Shown here in pieces: positions 37,743 to 49,805 of a stretch of DNA of 64,000 nucleotides (positions are counted from its first letter, which is position 1; every line of letters begins with the position of its first letter). The position numbers and the translations under genes are program-made. Under the pieces are notes generated by a model, which saw only the letters and a list, made by a program, of their open reading frames with translations, made no database searches and was not told where the DNA came from. Origin of the DNA: Chitinophagales bacterium (lineage in GTDB: Bacteria; Bacteroidota; Bacteroidia; Chitinophagales; Chitinophagaceae); NCBI GenBank assembly GCA_038244655.1, contig JBBRTG010000010.1, positions 12,303 to 76,302 of the forward strand, read 5' to 3'.

Positions 37743-37819
37743 AGTGTCAGACCACTGCAGTGGCCAGACACCTGTAATCCAGTTTACAACTAAACTAATA
37801 AACGAATTACCCATTTACA

Positions 37820-39133
37820 ATGAATAAAATTTGGCTGGTTATTAAAAGAGAATATTTAACAAGAGTAAGAAACAAAACTTTTATACTTTCTACTATTTTA
37901 TTGCCCTTATTCTTTATCGGGTTTATTGCAGCATCAGCCTATTTCTCCATTAAGAGTGTTGACATGCAAAAGATAGCAGTTGAAGATAACAATGGTATTT
38001 TCAAAAGCAATTTTCAAAGTGATAAAGTAATTGCTTATGAATTTCCTTCTGACGTAGATGCAAATAATTTTAAAGAAAAAGGTTATTCAGCTTTTTTAAA
38101 AATTCCTGAAAATTATGATTCACAAAATGATTCTATTTCTTTAATATCTGATAAGCAATTAGGCATTACTTCAGAAGAAAAAATAAAAGATCAGATAAAT
38201 AATTCTATACGGAATAAAGCATTTCTTCAAAATAATATTAATAAAAAAATACTGGATTCTATTAATGGAATTGATGAAGAGCAATTGTACAAATTCAGCC
38301 CCGTAATAAAACAAGGAAATAAAACGGCGCAATCTAATTCAGGATTATCTTATGGTATTGGCTTTGGCAGCGGCATATTAATTTATATAACCTTATTTAT
38401 TTATGGTGCTGCGGTTATGCGTGGTGTTATGGAAGAAAAAATGAATCGCATTGCTGAAGTAATTATCAGTTCGGTAAAACCTTTTCAGTTGATGATGGGT
38501 AAAATTATAGGCATAGCTGCTGTTGGTATTACACAGCTTCTTATATGGATAGTGCTGATTGTAGGATTGTCTTCTGTTGCCTCTTCATTAATATCGCATG
38601 ATGTTTTGCAACATGCACAATCAATAAATTCTTCAATGATACCAGGCGCTACCAGCAGTGCTGCGCTTAATTTTATGAATACAAAAAATATGGTGCTTCA
38701 AGCCAATTGGGGACTTATTATTCCATGTTTTCTTTTTTATTTTCTTGCAGGCTATTTATTTTATGCTTCTTTATTTGCTGCGGTTGGCAGTGTGGTAAAT
38801 GAAGATCCGCAGGAAGCACAATCATTGATGTTGCCGATAACAATGCCAATCGTTTTATCTTTTGTCATTATGACTACAGCAGCAGGAAAACCCGATGCGC
38901 CTATTTCTGTGTGGGGAAGCATGATACCATTTTCTTCACCAATTGTTATGATGGCAAGAATACCTTCGGGCAGTGTGCCGCCATGGCAAATATTCGTTTC
39001 CATGATTTCATTAGTTGCAGGTTTTATTTTAACTACCATGCTTGCAGCAAAAATTTATCGCACTGGCATTTTATTATACGGAAAAAAAGTAACCTTTAAA
39101 GAAATGGGAAAATGGTTATTCAGAAAATCATAA
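37820..39133 (+). CDS. ABC-2 family transporter permease (NatB-like)
   Basis: 437 aa. N-terminal TM, a large extracytoplasmic loop, and a C-terminal cluster of 5 TM segments. Directly follows the ATPase gene. Confidence 0.8.
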   Translation: MNKIWLVIKREYLTRVRNKTFILSTILLPLFFIGFIAASAYFSIKSVDMQKIAVEDNNGIFKSNFQSDKVIAYEFPSDVDANNFKEKGYSAFLKIPENYDSQNDSISLISDKQLGITSEEKIKDQINNSIRNKAFLQNNINKKILDSINGIDEEQLYKFSPVIKQGNKTAQSNSGLSYGIGFGSGILIYITLFIYGAAVMRGVMEEKMNRIAEVIISSVKPFQLMMGKIIGIAAVGITQLLIWIVLIVGLSSVASSLISHDVLQHAQSINSSMIPGATSSAALNFMNTKNMVLQANWGLIIPCFLFYFLAGYLFYASLFAAVGSVVNEDPQEAQSLMLPITMPIVLSFVIMTTAAGKPDAPISVWGSMIPFSSPIVMMARIPSGSVPPWQIFVSMISLVAGFILTTMLAAKIYRTGILLYGKKVTFKEMGKWLFRKS

Positions 39134-40171
39134 AGCAGATGCGGTAGAAGTTGTTGTTGTATTTTTTGAATTGCTTCCAAAGATTGCCTTATTAATTTCT
39201 TCTTTAAGAAATTTTAAAATGATTCCACTTACAAATATTAAAGCAGTTATAACTATTCCTGCAAAGAATCCAATTAATCCAAATAAGACAGCAGATTTAT
39301 TTTGTACATCATAAGGTGGTTCTGGTTTATCAAGCACTTTAATAAGCGGAGTAGCTTTTTGTAATTTATAGGCAGCATTTTGTTGGTTAGCGACTGCCTG
39401 TGCATATTGTTGCCGTATCATTTGTTTATCGGCCAGCAAGTTTTCTGTAGGCACACGAAACTCAAGCTTCAATGTATTGGTAAATAAAGTTCTTTTATCA
39501 ATTGCTATTAACTGGTTGTCTTTTGAATTCATTACATCTCTTAAAGAATCTACTTTACTGGTGGCAAATTCAAAATCTCTTCTTGCTTTTTCCTGCTTAA
39601 GCTGAATATAAAACAAGGAGATTTTATTAATGAATCCATAACTGATAACTCTTACCAAATCGGGACTGCGCCCGGTATATGAAAGAATGAGCATGTTATT
39701 TTTATTTACAGATGCATTCAATCCATCTTTTAAAACCTCACCAGCCCATGTTATAAGTGCATATTGATTCGGGGGCATTTGTACTTTATCTTCAAACCAT
39801 CCGCGATGATTGTTTATATCATCTACTAACAATTCAGCGATGGTTTTGTTTCTCATTGATGAATCACGAATAGAAGCTACTTCTTCCCTGGTGGTACGGC
39901 TTTGAGCAAGCTCAATAATATTTATAGAGGCATCATCACTAAAACTTTTAGTGGTTTCTGTACCAAGCAATGCGCTTAGTGTTGATGAAGTTGCGCTGTT
40001 ATCATTTCCGCTCGTTAAAGGAAAAACAGAAGACCTGGATGTATAAGTAACAGGTTTTTGCTTTGCATAAAAAACAAGCGCCAAGGCTGCTACAATGCCA
40101 ACTATTATTATAATGACACTAACTTTCCTTAACCTTTGATAAATAGCTCTTGTTAATTCCTGTGTTGTCAT
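39128..40171 (-). CDS. polysaccharide chain-length determinant (Wzz/GumC-like) protein
   Basis: 347 aa. TM at both ends, with a long coiled periplasmic region between them. Directly downstream of a Wza-like gene. Confidence 0.65.
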   Translation of the reverse strand: MTTQELTRAIYQRLRKVSVIIIIVGIVAALALVFYAKQKPVTYTSRSSVFPLTSGNDNSATSSTLSALLGTETTKSFSDDASINIIELAQSRTTREEVASIRDSSMRNKTIAELLVDDINNHRGWFEDKVQMPPNQYALITWAGEVLKDGLNASVNKNNMLILSYTGRSPDLVRVISYGFINKISLFYIQLKQEKARRDFEFATSKVDSLRDVMNSKDNQLIAIDKRTLFTNTLKLEFRVPTENLLADKQMIRQQYAQAVANQQNAAYKLQKATPLIKVLDKPEPPYDVQNKSAVLFGLIGFFAGIVITALIFVSGIILKFLKEEINKAIFGSNSKNTTTTSTASAL

Positions 40172-40179
40172 AAAACGCT

Positions 40180-42606
40180 TTATAATCTTGTAAGAATATA
40201 TGCCATGAAAAGTGGTAAAGAAGTTACCAAAACCTGGGTTGCAAACTCTCCAAACTTCTTACCTTCTGGTTTTGCAGGCACTACTATAATGCTTCCTGCT
40301 CCTACCTTTGGATAAAAATGGAAAAATCCAAAATTATGCGTTCGCTGGCTTCGTCCATTGGCATAAGTAACGTAGATTCTTTTTCGCCAAGGCCTTACGC
40401 CGAGGCCTCCTGCTTTATCTATATAATACCCAAGTCTTGTATGTTCTTTATCAAAGAAAATTTTTAATTGGGTCTGCACTTCACCTTTTACTGAAACAAT
40501 AGAATTGACTTCCGGAACATAAATAATATCTCCTTCCTGCAGCACCATATCATACTTTGAATCTTTATTCTTTAAAGCTTTGTCAAGATCAATACTTACA
40601 GGTTCAGAAGGATCAAAAATAACACTGTCAACTATTTTACCAAGGGTATCTCTTATATATTTTGTACGGTTTCTTTTCAGCAATGGATTTTCCCTGTTTA
40701 CTGTATCACGTATCCTGTATAAAATTGCGCCCTGCGCATTTGCGTTTTCTTTAAGGCCGCCTGCCCTTTCTATAAATGATGAAATCCGTTCATAATTATT
40801 AAGCTTAGGATATGTTCCTGGATATTTTACTTCTCCATCTAATTTAATATTTTCCTGCAAATGAAATGTTGGATTTTTTCTCACATACACTTCATCATAA
40901 GGTTTTAGTTTAATATTTTCTGTAACAGAATCTAATTCTAAATTGGTTTTTATAGAATAAGTATTGATAACAGTTTTGGTAGGCTTCAAACCTTTCTGAG
41001 CAGAGTCAATATCTACAATGCTGGATACATCAATTTTCCCAAATTCGGCAGAAGGCTTTAACCCATTAGCAAAATACAATAGGTCTTTCAGCGTCATACC
41101 ACCAAACCGTTGAAATTTCCCGGTCTTACGAACTTCTCCTTCTATACTTACATACTGCTTATCAGCAAACTGGTTCCTGTTGAATACTTCTATTACATCG
41201 TTGGGTTCTATTGGAATATTATAATTGCTGTTTACATTTTTATTAAAGTCTGCAAGACTAACTTCAATTTTATCAGATTTTAAATTAGTGGAATCACCGG
41301 CGCCTTTGTAAACATAAGCTCTGTCAACATAAGAGTTTGGAGTAATACCACCTGCCCTGTTAATAACATCAAATAAACGATCTCCTTTCCTTATTTCATA
41401 TACATTGGGATATGCAACTTCTCCTTTTACAATTACCTTATTACTAAGTCCCGGGTTTATAGGATTCACTACAACCACATCACCTTCATATAAAGGTTCA
41501 TCAGTAATTTCTCCATTAGCTCTTAACCCTATTGCATTGAAGTTTACATTTTTTATTGTCTGCTTTTCATTTACATTTCTAATAATCGCACCCCCGGATT
41601 TGTAAGCTTCTGTTGTAAATCCCCCGGTATATTTAATAAGATCCTTCATGCCTTCATCTCTTTTAAGCTGGTAATACATGGGTCTTTTAAACTGCCCGGA
41701 TGCAAGCACTTTTTTATCATAAAAAGGCACTATTACAAAATCATTATTTTCAAGATAAAGATGCTTTCCGAAATCGCCTGTGGTAAGATATTTATAAACA
41801 TCAATTGAATCAATTATTCTTCCTTCACGTGAAATAAGAATATTGCGCATATTTCCAAACCTGGTAATACCTCCTGCAAGCGCAACCACATTTAAAGCAT
41901 TAGTAAATGCTGAAACTACCATCGGCCCTGGCTTTTCAACTTCCCCGGTTGCCTGAATCACAATGCTTCGCGGTGCCCCGAGCGTTACAGCTATATTTGT
42001 TGCAGGTGGCACTACTTGCCTGAAACGCGCATAAATAATTTTTCTCGCATTTTCAAAGGTTAATCCCTGAACAGTAATCTTGCCAAGTCCCTGTGGAAAA
42101 ATTGAACCATCGCGGGCAACTTCATAACTCCATTCAAAATCGGCGCCACCCCATAAAGAAACTACTATGTGATCGCCAACCCCTATCGGGTAATCAGGCG
42201 GAGGAGTTGATAATTGAGAAAGCTCCATAATCTGCCTGTCCTGAAAAAGATCTGCACCGTAAACACTATCGGGGTTAGAAACTTTTCTCCTAAAATCATC
42301 CTTTTGCAAACTATCTTTTGCGATTACGTTTTTGCTGTTAATATCTGAAATGTTTTTATGTAAATCTTCTCCTGCTTTCCTTTGCTGTTGATTATTATCT
42401 CTCAAATAATTTTGCAGATCTGATGGAGAGGCATTTTTTAATGCATTGGGATCAATGGGCAAGTCAGGCAACTCCGAAGGTACCTGGGCATATACATTGC
42501 TATTTGAAATACATAATAAAAAAGCGGAAAACAATATCAGTAAAATATATTTTTTACAGGCAAACTCTCCTTTGGAAAAAAACATTTGAAATGGGTTGAT
42601 GTACAA
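40180..42606 (-). CDS. polysaccharide export protein (Wza-like Poly_export + multiple SLBB domains)
   Basis: 808 aa. YPIGVGDHIVVSLWG export motif, then repeated SLBB-like units (GEV..PG.Y.....RL.D.I..AGG). The start could also be the second Met (MFFSKGE...). Confidence 0.85.
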   Translation of the reverse strand: MYINPFQMFFSKGEFACKKYILLILFSAFLLCISNSNVYAQVPSELPDLPIDPNALKNASPSDLQNYLRDNNQQQRKAGEDLHKNISDINSKNVIAKDSLQKDDFRRKVSNPDSVYGADLFQDRQIMELSQLSTPPPDYPIGVGDHIVVSLWGGADFEWSYEVARDGSIFPQGLGKITVQGLTFENARKIIYARFRQVVPPATNIAVTLGAPRSIVIQATGEVEKPGPMVVSAFTNALNVVALAGGITRFGNMRNILISREGRIIDSIDVYKYLTTGDFGKHLYLENNDFVIVPFYDKKVLASGQFKRPMYYQLKRDEGMKDLIKYTGGFTTEAYKSGGAIIRNVNEKQTIKNVNFNAIGLRANGEITDEPLYEGDVVVVNPINPGLSNKVIVKGEVAYPNVYEIRKGDRLFDVINRAGGITPNSYVDRAYVYKGAGDSTNLKSDKIEVSLADFNKNVNSNYNIPIEPNDVIEVFNRNQFADKQYVSIEGEVRKTGKFQRFGGMTLKDLLYFANGLKPSAEFGKIDVSSIVDIDSAQKGLKPTKTVINTYSIKTNLELDSVTENIKLKPYDEVYVRKNPTFHLQENIKLDGEVKYPGTYPKLNNYERISSFIERAGGLKENANAQGAILYRIRDTVNRENPLLKRNRTKYIRDTLGKIVDSVIFDPSEPVSIDLDKALKNKDSKYDMVLQEGDIIYVPEVNSIVSVKGEVQTQLKIFFDKEHTRLGYYIDKAGGLGVRPWRKRIYVTYANGRSQRTHNFGFFHFYPKVGAGSIIVVPAKPEGKKFGEFATQVLVTSLPLFMAYILTRL

Positions 42607-42636
42607 TATCTTTTAAAAACGAGCAAATATAAGATT

Positions 42637-43578
42637 TTATTTCAGTGGCTTGCTCAATGCCTCATTGAATTCCAGCCAAACATCTTTAACAATTTCAGCG
42701 GCCGGCTTTATATTATTTATTAAGGCACTTACCTGGCCAATTTCAAGTTCACCTTCATTCATATCTCCTTCAAACATTCCTTTCTTTGCCCTGCCTTTGC
42801 CCAACAGTTCCTGCAATTGCATAATTGTTGAATCATTTTTATAAGCATTAATTATTTGTTCATAAAAATTATTTTTCATCATACGAACCGGTGTAAGTTC
42901 TTTTAAAGTAAGCATGGTATCACCTTCTTTTGAATGTACCAACGCATTCTTAAAACTGCTATGCGATGAAGCTTCTTCACTGGCAACAAAACGACTTCCC
43001 ATTTGTACAGCTTCAGCACCCAATACCATACAGGCAAGCATTTGCCTGCCCGTTGCAATACCGCCTGCAGCAATTACCGGAACAGAAACTGAAGAACAAA
43101 CTAACGGCACTAAAATCATGGTAGTAGTTTCTTCTCTTCCATTATGGCCTCCTGCTTCAAAGCCCTCGGCAATTACTGCATCACAACCGGCAATCGCTGC
43201 TTTTTTTGCAAAACGGCTGCTGCTTATAACATGTATCACTTTAATTTTATGTTGTTTTAAATATGCTGTAAAAGTTTCAGGATTGCCTGCGGAAGTAACA
43301 ACAATGGATACTTTATTGCGGATTATTATTTCAATTTGCTTATCAATTCCATGATAAAGCAAGGGAAGATTTACACCAAAAGATTTATCAGTAGCAGCTT
43401 TACATTTTTGTATATGCTCTTCAAGCACATCAGCATTCATGCTTCCGGCGCCAATCATTCCAAGACCGCCGGCATTACTAACGGCGCTGGCTAAACGCCA
43501 TCCGCTTGCCCATATCATTCCGGCCTGGATTATTGGATATTCAATGTTTAGGAGTTTCGTAATTCTATTATGTTGCAA
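42637..43578 (-). CDS. NAD(P)H-dependent flavin oxidoreductase (nitronate monooxygenase / FabK-like family)
   Basis: 313 aa. YPIIQAGMIWAS...GGLGMIG...AEGFEAGGH...VIAAGGIATG...GAEAVQMGSRF. Confidence 0.85.
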   Translation of the reverse strand: MQHNRITKLLNIEYPIIQAGMIWASGWRLASAVSNAGGLGMIGAGSMNADVLEEHIQKCKAATDKSFGVNLPLLYHGIDKQIEIIIRNKVSIVVTSAGNPETFTAYLKQHKIKVIHVISSSRFAKKAAIAGCDAVIAEGFEAGGHNGREETTTMILVPLVCSSVSVPVIAAGGIATGRQMLACMVLGAEAVQMGSRFVASEEASSHSSFKNALVHSKEGDTMLTLKELTPVRMMKNNFYEQIINAYKNDSTIMQLQELLGKGRAKKGMFEGDMNEGELEIGQVSALINNIKPAAEIVKDVWLEFNEALSKPLK

Positions 43579-43626
43579 TTATTAAATTATTACATTATTG
43601 AACAATATTATTGAATTATTTGAAAA

Positions 43627-43660
43627 GCCTCATCCCAACCCTTCTCCCAAGAGAGAAGGA
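43627..43660. repeat. REP-like hairpin repeat, copy R5
   Basis: gcctcatcccaacccttctcccaagagagaagga. It is inverted relative to copy R6, which lies 120 nt away. Confidence 0.7.
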
Positions 43661-43780
43661 TATCACTTGTTAATGTCGTTTTTAAAAAATTTGAAAAAAA
43701 GCTCGTTTGCCAAAATAGGTAAGAAGGTTTCAAAATATGATAGACGTCTTACAAAAAAAAATGTTTATAATAAGTTAGTT

Positions 43781-43813
43781 TCCTCTCCTTCGGAGAGGGG
43801 TTGGGGTGAGGCC
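43781..43813. repeat. REP-like hairpin repeat, copy R6
   Basis: tcctctccttcggagaggggttggggtgaggcc. It abuts the stop codon of the nucleotidyltransferase gene. Confidence 0.7.
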
Positions 43814-44806
43814 TTACCCAAAATCAATTTCTGTATTATCGCCAATATTCAGCGAGCGGGTTTCTCCTTTTACTTCGGTATCATTACCAATAAGAGAATC
43901 ATCAAGCATTACATCGTATAATTTTGAAAACGAACCAATGATAGACGCTTTTACAATAGAAGAATGTACGATAGTATTTTCTCCCATAGCAACATGAGGC
44001 CCAATGATAGAATTTTTAATATCACAACCTTCAGCAATACTTACCGGCGGAATAAAAATGGTATTCTCAAACTTATTAGATTCTGCAATAGTGCCCCCAA
44101 ACTTTTCCAATAAAATAGAATTGGATTGAAGCAAAGATTCTTTTCTTCCGCAATCAAACCAGTTTTCCACTTTAAAAGATTTGAATCGTGAGCCACCGGT
44201 AATCATACATTCCAATGCGTCTGTAAGATTAAATTCGTTATGGCTTTTAATATCATTCGTAAGAATATTTGAAACGCACTTAAATAATAACGAAGAATCT
44301 TTTATTTTATAAAGGCCCACTAATGCCATATTCGATTTCGGGATAAATGGTTTTTCCACAACTCTCGTAATAAATCCATCATCATCAATTTCTGCTACGC
44401 CAAAACTTCGGGGATCATCTACTTTCTTTACACCAAGCATTGAAAAAGGAGCATCAAGAATTTCTTTAATTTCATATTCACAAATCGTATCTCCTAATGC
44501 AATAAAAACTTCATCATCACCAATTATTTTCCTGGCAAGATCAATGGCATGAGCAGTTCCTTTTCTTTCATTTTGATAAATAAAATGACAGGTTAGCTGC
44601 GGATATTTTGCTTTTATATAATCCTGGATTTTTTCTCCGAGGTAACCAACAATAAATACAAATTCATTAATGCCTGCTTCATGCAGTTGATCCACGTTAA
44701 TGCTAAGGATGGTTTTTCCAGCTAACGGAATTAAAGCCTTTGGCTGTGTATATGTGTGGGGGCGCAGTTTAGTGCCTGCCCCTGCCACCGGAATTATAGC
44801 CTTCAT
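43814..44806 (-). CDS. sugar-phosphate nucleotidyltransferase with C-terminal left-handed beta-helix
   Basis: 330 aa. MKAIIPVAGAGTKLRPHTYTQPKALIPLAGK (a G-x-G-T-R-L-type motif), plus hexapeptide-repeat-like sequence in the C-terminal region. Confidence 0.85.
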   Translation of the reverse strand: MKAIIPVAGAGTKLRPHTYTQPKALIPLAGKTILSINVDQLHEAGINEFVFIVGYLGEKIQDYIKAKYPQLTCHFIYQNERKGTAHAIDLARKIIGDDEVFIALGDTICEYEIKEILDAPFSMLGVKKVDDPRSFGVAEIDDDGFITRVVEKPFIPKSNMALVGLYKIKDSSLLFKCVSNILTNDIKSHNEFNLTDALECMITGGSRFKSFKVENWFDCGRKESLLQSNSILLEKFGGTIAESNKFENTIFIPPVSIAEGCDIKNSIIGPHVAMGENTIVHSSIVKASIIGSFSKLYDVMLDDSLIGNDTEVKGETRSLNIGDNTEIDFG

Positions 44807-44971
44807 TTTTCTTAATTTATAATCTTACTCCTCAAAAAGGGAAGTGAATATAGTAAATTTTTGAATTCTCTTTTTTCATTCTTTCAGCTAATAGAATATG
44901 AGTTTGGACTTATAAACCAATTAACTTTTTAACTAATTAACTTTTTAAGTACGTTTGCGCAAAGTTCATTT

Positions 44972-46252
44972 ATGCAAAGAGATACATTGGTTTTTGATAT
45001 TATTAATAAAGAATTGAACAGGCAACGCGAAGGGATTGAATTGATCGCTTCTGAAAATTTTACATCGTTGCAGGTGATACAAGCGATGGGAACTGTGCTT
45101 ACCAACAAATATGCAGAAGGTTATCCGGGGCGAAGATATTATGGCGGCTGCGAATTTGTAGATGAATCGGAACAGTTGGCTATTGATCGTTTAAAACAAA
45201 TTTTTAATTGTGAATATGCCAATGTGCAACCACATAGCGGCGCACAGGGCAACGCAGCATTAATGCTTGCTATATTAAATGCAGGTGATACGGTTTTAGG
45301 CCTCGACCTAAGCATGGGTGGCCACCTTACACATGGATCTCCTGTAAATTTTTCGGGCAAATTATATAATGCACATTTTTATGGTGTAAAAAAAGAAACA
45401 GGATTGGTGGATTATGAAATGCTTGAGCAAAAAGCAAGGGAATTAAAACCAAAATTAATTATTTGCGGAGCATCTGCGTATAGCCGTGACTGGGAGTATG
45501 AGCGCATAAGAAAAGTGGCTGATGAAGTAGGCGCTTTTGTTTATTGCGATATGGCGCATCCGGCAGGCCTTATTGCAAAAGGTTTATTAAAATCTCCTTT
45601 TGATCATTGCCATTTTGTAACATCAACCACTCACAAAACTTTGCGTGGCCCGCGTGGCGGGATTATTTTAATGAAAAAAGATTTTGAAAATCCATTTGGA
45701 TTAAAAGATCCAAAAGGAAAAACAAGAATGATGAGCCATCTTTTAGATATGGGCGTTTTTCCCGGAACCCAAGGCGGCCCGCTGGAACATGTGATTGCCG
45801 CAAAAGCAATTTCATTTGGAGAAATATTAACGGAAGAATTTACTACTTACGCAAAACAGATACAGTTAAATGCACAGGCAATGGCAAAATCGTTTAATGC
45901 CAAGGGTTATGATCTTATAAGCAATGGTACAGACAATCACCTTATGTTAATTGACCTTCGTAATAAAAATATTACCGGCAAAAAAGCGCAGGAAACTTTG
46001 GACAAAGCAAGCATTACACTTAATAAAAATGCGGTTCCTTTTGATGATAAGAGCCCCTTTGTAACGTCAGGCATACGGGTAGGGGTACCCGCAGTTACCA
46101 CACGTGGAATGAAAGAAACTGATATGCAAACGGTAGTAGATTTCGTTGATAAAGTTTTAATGAATATTGATGATGAGAAAACAATTGAATCAGTAAAGAA
46201 TGATGTAAAAGAAGTCATGAAAAAGTTTCCGCTTTACCCTGAGTTGGGCTGA
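44972..46252 (+). CDS. glyA: serine hydroxymethyltransferase
   Basis: 426 aa. SHMT sequence with the PLP-lysine motif [15 protein letters not shown]. Confidence 0.97.
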   Translation: MQRDTLVFDIINKELNRQREGIELIASENFTSLQVIQAMGTVLTNKYAEGYPGRRYYGGCEFVDESEQLAIDRLKQIFNCEYANVQPHSGAQGNAALMLAILNAGDTVLGLDLSMGGHLTHGSPVNFSGKLYNAHFYGVKKETGLVDYEMLEQKARELKPKLIICGASAYSRDWEYERIRKVADEVGAFVYCDMAHPAGLIAKGLLKSPFDHCHFVTSTTHKTLRGPRGGIILMKKDFENPFGLKDPKGKTRMMSHLLDMGVFPGTQGGPLEHVIAAKAISFGEILTEEFTTYAKQIQLNAQAMAKSFNAKGYDLISNGTDNHLMLIDLRNKNITGKKAQETLDKASITLNKNAVPFDDKSPFVTSGIRVGVPAVTTRGMKETDMQTVVDFVDKVLMNIDDEKTIESVKNDVKEVMKKFPLYPELG

Positions 46253-46293
46253 TGATAAAAAGTTGATTTATTTTCGCAGTATAAATTTTTCTC

Positions 46294-46704
46294 ATGATAC
46301 AACGTGTACAAACTATATGGATGATATTGGCAGCCATTGCCGTTTTCCTTACCATAAAATTTGCTTTTTACAGTGGAACACTTATAACTGATAATAGCTA
46401 TCACCTTTTGATGGCTGCAGACAACTTTTTTGTATTAATTCTTACAAGCGCTTTGGGAACTGCTATTATTATTAATATTTTTTTATTCAGGCACAGGAGT
46501 GTTCAAAACAGAATTATATTGATCTCTCTTTTAGTTGAGTGTCTTATTATCTTTTTGTATGTAAGAGAAACTAAGAAATTTTCTGCAGGTAATTTTAATA
46601 TATGGTCAGCATTACATATTCTTATTATTCTATTTTTAATTTTAGCTGCAAAAGGAATTTATAATGATTCTAAATTAATTAAAGAGAGTAACAGGTTGAG
46701 GTAA
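46294..46704 (+). CDS. DUF4293 family membrane protein
   Basis: 136 aa. Four TM segments, with the MIQRVQTIWMILAAI N-terminus typical of this family. Confidence 0.7.
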   Translation: MIQRVQTIWMILAAIAVFLTIKFAFYSGTLITDNSYHLLMAADNFFVLILTSALGTAIIINIFLFRHRSVQNRIILISLLVECLIIFLYVRETKKFSAGNFNIWSALHILIILFLILAAKGIYNDSKLIKESNRLR

Positions 46705-46709
46705 ACGGC

Positions 46710-49556
46710 CTAAATATATTTTCCTGTATAACTTTCTTTTACTTTTTTTAGCCCTGAAGGAACACCGGCATATACAAGATTTCCACCACCGTCTCCTGCT
46801 TCGGGGCCAAGATCAATTATCCAATCGGCAGATTTTATAACATCAGTATTGTGTTCAATAACAATAATTGAATGCCCCTGTTCTAATAGTGCATTGAAAG
46901 AAGCAAGTAATTTTTTTATATCATGAAAATGAAGGCCGGTGGTGGGCTCATCAAAAATAAAAAGCAGATGCCCCTGCCCTTTCCCCTTTCCTAAAAAAGA
47001 CGCCAACTTTACACGCTGTGCTTCGCCGCCAGAAAGTGTATCAGACGATTGCCCTAATTTAATATATCCTAAACCGACATCATGTAATGGCTGAATTTTT
47101 TTTGCAATTTCTTCACCGGTAGCTTCATTCTTTTTAGAAAAAGCTTTTTCTTTTCCAAAAAAAGAAATGGCTTCATCCACACTCATTTCGAGTACATCAA
47201 AAATATTTTTATCATTATATTTTACTTCTAAAACTTCTTCTTTAAATCTTTTACCTCCACATACATCACATACTAAATGCACATCTGCAAGAAACTGCAT
47301 TTCCACTACCTGCTCACCTTCTCCTTTACATGCATCGCAACGGCCGCCATCCACATTAAATGAAAAATGCTTTGGCAAGTAACCGCGTATTTTACTCAAG
47401 GGTTGCTTGCTGTAAAGCTCTCTTATTTCATCATACGCTTTTATGTAAGTTACAGGATTGCTTCGCGAAGATTTACCGATAGGATTCTGATCTATCATTT
47501 CTATTTGAGAAATATAATCAACATCACCCGTGAGTCCTTTGCTTAATCCAACTTTCTCTGCAAATTCTCCCTTCAGCTTTTTTAATGCAGGATATAAAAT
47601 TTGTTTCACCAAGGTAGTTTTACCACTGCCACTTACACCACTTATAACACACAATACATTTAAAGGAATAATTACATCAATATTTTGCAAATTATTTTGG
47701 CGTGCACCCTTCACCGTTATAGAGCGGTTCCATTTTCTAATATGTTTTGGCGGATCAATAGCCAGTTCGCCTTTCAAATATTTTCCGGTAAGGCTTTCAG
47801 GATTTTTAACGATGGCATTATAATTTCCTTCCGCAATTATTTCTCCTCCTAAATGACTTGCCAGCGGCCCCATGTCAATTATATGATCTGCTTCCCGCAT
47901 CATGGTTTCATCATGCTCTACCACAACAACGGTATTGCCAAGATCGCGCAGATTTTTCAGAACAACAATCAATCGTTCTGTATCTCTTGTATGAAGGCCG
48001 ATGGAAGGCTCATCTAATATATACAATGAGTTGGTTAGGTTGCTTCCAAGGCTACGGGTTAATTGTATCCGCTGGCTTTCACCACCGCTTAATGAATTGG
48101 CAAGCCTGTTTAAAGTAAGATAGCCAAGACCAACATCTAAAAGAGTTTGAAGGCGATTATTAATTTCAATTAAAATTCTTTTGGCAACAGATCGATCGTA
48201 TTCTGATAATTCTATTTCATTAAACCAGATAGCCAAATCTTTTACGGGCATCTCACACAACTCGCCAATATTTTTATGATTCACTTTTACATACAACGCT
48301 TCTTTTCTTAAACGATAACCATTGCATTCAGGGCAAAGCGTGCGGCCACGATACCTGCTTAGCAATACACGATACTGAACCTTATATAAATTCTGTTCTA
48401 CTTCTTTAAAAAATTCATCAATGCCGGAAAAATATTCATTGCCTGTCCATAAAAGATTGTATTGCGCTGTGGTAAGATCTATTATAGGTTTATGAACCGG
48501 AAAATCAAAACGATTAGCTACACGAATAAGCCTTTCTTTCCATTGCCCGAGCTTTTCACCACGCCATGGAGCAATGGCATTTTCATACACGCTCAATCTT
48601 TTATCAGGAATTACTAAATCAGGATCAATACCGAGCACCAAAGAAAATCCGCCGCAAACAGGACAGGCGCCATAAGGATTATTAAACGAAAATAAATTTG
48701 GAACAGGTTCCTCAAATTTAATTCCGTCCAATTCAAATTTGTTGGAGAAATGCAAAGTCTGTTTGCCATTAATTTCAAGAACTACTTCTCCTTCACCTTC
48801 ATAAAAAGCAGTAGTAACGGAGTCGGCTATACGATGTTTATCATCTTCATCAAAATCTTTTACAACCAGCCGGTCAATTAATACATAAGGTGTTTTGTGT
48901 GTAAAGATTCCGGAAAGATTTTTCTTCTCCTGCAAATCTTCAATTCTTATAATTTCTTTATCAGCATAAATTCTTGAAAAGCCTTTTTGCATTAAAATGT
49001 TCAACTCTTCTTTTAGATCCCTGTTGTGATGTTGCTTAAAAGCAACCAGTAATAAAACCTTATCTCCATTTTCAAAATTTACAATTGCATTTACAACATC
49101 ATCTACATCATCTTTTTTTACTTCCCGTCCGGAAACAGGAGAAATTGTTTTTCCGATTCTTGCAAATAAGAGTCGTAGGTAATCATATATTTCAGTCATA
49201 CTTCCTACCGTAGAACGGGGCGTTCTGGTAATTACTTTTTGCTCAATAGCAATTGCAGGGCAAAGGCCTTTTATATAATCCACATCAGGTTTATTCATTC
49301 GTGCCATGAACTGTCTTGCATAAGCACTGAGGCTTTCTGCATAACGGCGCTGGCCTTCTGCAAATAAAGTATCTATGGTAAGAGAAGATTTTCCGGAACC
49401 TGATACACCTGTAACAACAATAAATTTATTGCGTGGAATTTCAACACTTATATTCTTAAGATTATGAACCCTGGCTCCTTTTATTAATATATTATTGGTC
49501 TTAAAAATTTTTGATGCATCACCGGATTTTTTATCAGAAACTTTAATTGTATTCAT
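46710..49556 (-). CDS. uvrA: excinuclease ABC subunit A
   Basis: 948 aa. Two ABC ATPase modules ([18 protein letters not shown]) and zinc-finger Cys clusters. Confidence 0.98.
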   Translation of the reverse strand: MNTIKVSDKKSGDASKIFKTNNILIKGARVHNLKNISVEIPRNKFIVVTGVSGSGKSSLTIDTLFAEGQRRYAESLSAYARQFMARMNKPDVDYIKGLCPAIAIEQKVITRTPRSTVGSMTEIYDYLRLLFARIGKTISPVSGREVKKDDVDDVVNAIVNFENGDKVLLLVAFKQHHNRDLKEELNILMQKGFSRIYADKEIIRIEDLQEKKNLSGIFTHKTPYVLIDRLVVKDFDEDDKHRIADSVTTAFYEGEGEVVLEINGKQTLHFSNKFELDGIKFEEPVPNLFSFNNPYGACPVCGGFSLVLGIDPDLVIPDKRLSVYENAIAPWRGEKLGQWKERLIRVANRFDFPVHKPIIDLTTAQYNLLWTGNEYFSGIDEFFKEVEQNLYKVQYRVLLSRYRGRTLCPECNGYRLRKEALYVKVNHKNIGELCEMPVKDLAIWFNEIELSEYDRSVAKRILIEINNRLQTLLDVGLGYLTLNRLANSLSGGESQRIQLTRSLGSNLTNSLYILDEPSIGLHTRDTERLIVVLKNLRDLGNTVVVVEHDETMMREADHIIDMGPLASHLGGEIIAEGNYNAIVKNPESLTGKYLKGELAIDPPKHIRKWNRSITVKGARQNNLQNIDVIIPLNVLCVISGVSGSGKTTLVKQILYPALKKLKGEFAEKVGLSKGLTGDVDYISQIEMIDQNPIGKSSRSNPVTYIKAYDEIRELYSKQPLSKIRGYLPKHFSFNVDGGRCDACKGEGEQVVEMQFLADVHLVCDVCGGKRFKEEVLEVKYNDKNIFDVLEMSVDEAISFFGKEKAFSKKNEATGEEIAKKIQPLHDVGLGYIKLGQSSDTLSGGEAQRVKLASFLGKGKGQGHLLFIFDEPTTGLHFHDIKKLLASFNALLEQGHSIIVIEHNTDVIKSADWIIDLGPEAGDGGGNLVYAGVPSGLKKVKESYTGKYI

Positions 49557-49805
49557 TTGTAATTAGCAAAAATAACGAATCGTAATTTTACTCTCTGCTT
49601 ATTAAGAGTAGTATTCCTCTTTATTTAAATATTACAAAAAAAAAGTTAAAAAATATTTGGAAGTCTTATTTATTGTCATAATTTAGGTCTTCCAATTATC
49701 CTGAAAGAATTGAAGAACCTTCTGCGCTTCGCAATAGATTCCCACATTATTTTCTCTTTAATTGGTTGACTTGCACAATATCCTAAACCAAAAATCAAAC
49801 AGTTT

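Noticed and set aside
43598-43921. 107-aa plus-strand ORF containing HPNPSPKREG and SPSERGWGEALP strings.
   Set aside because: It is produced by reading through two REP-like repeat units and then antisense into the nucleotidyltransferase gene. The same peptide strings appear wherever the repeat occurs.
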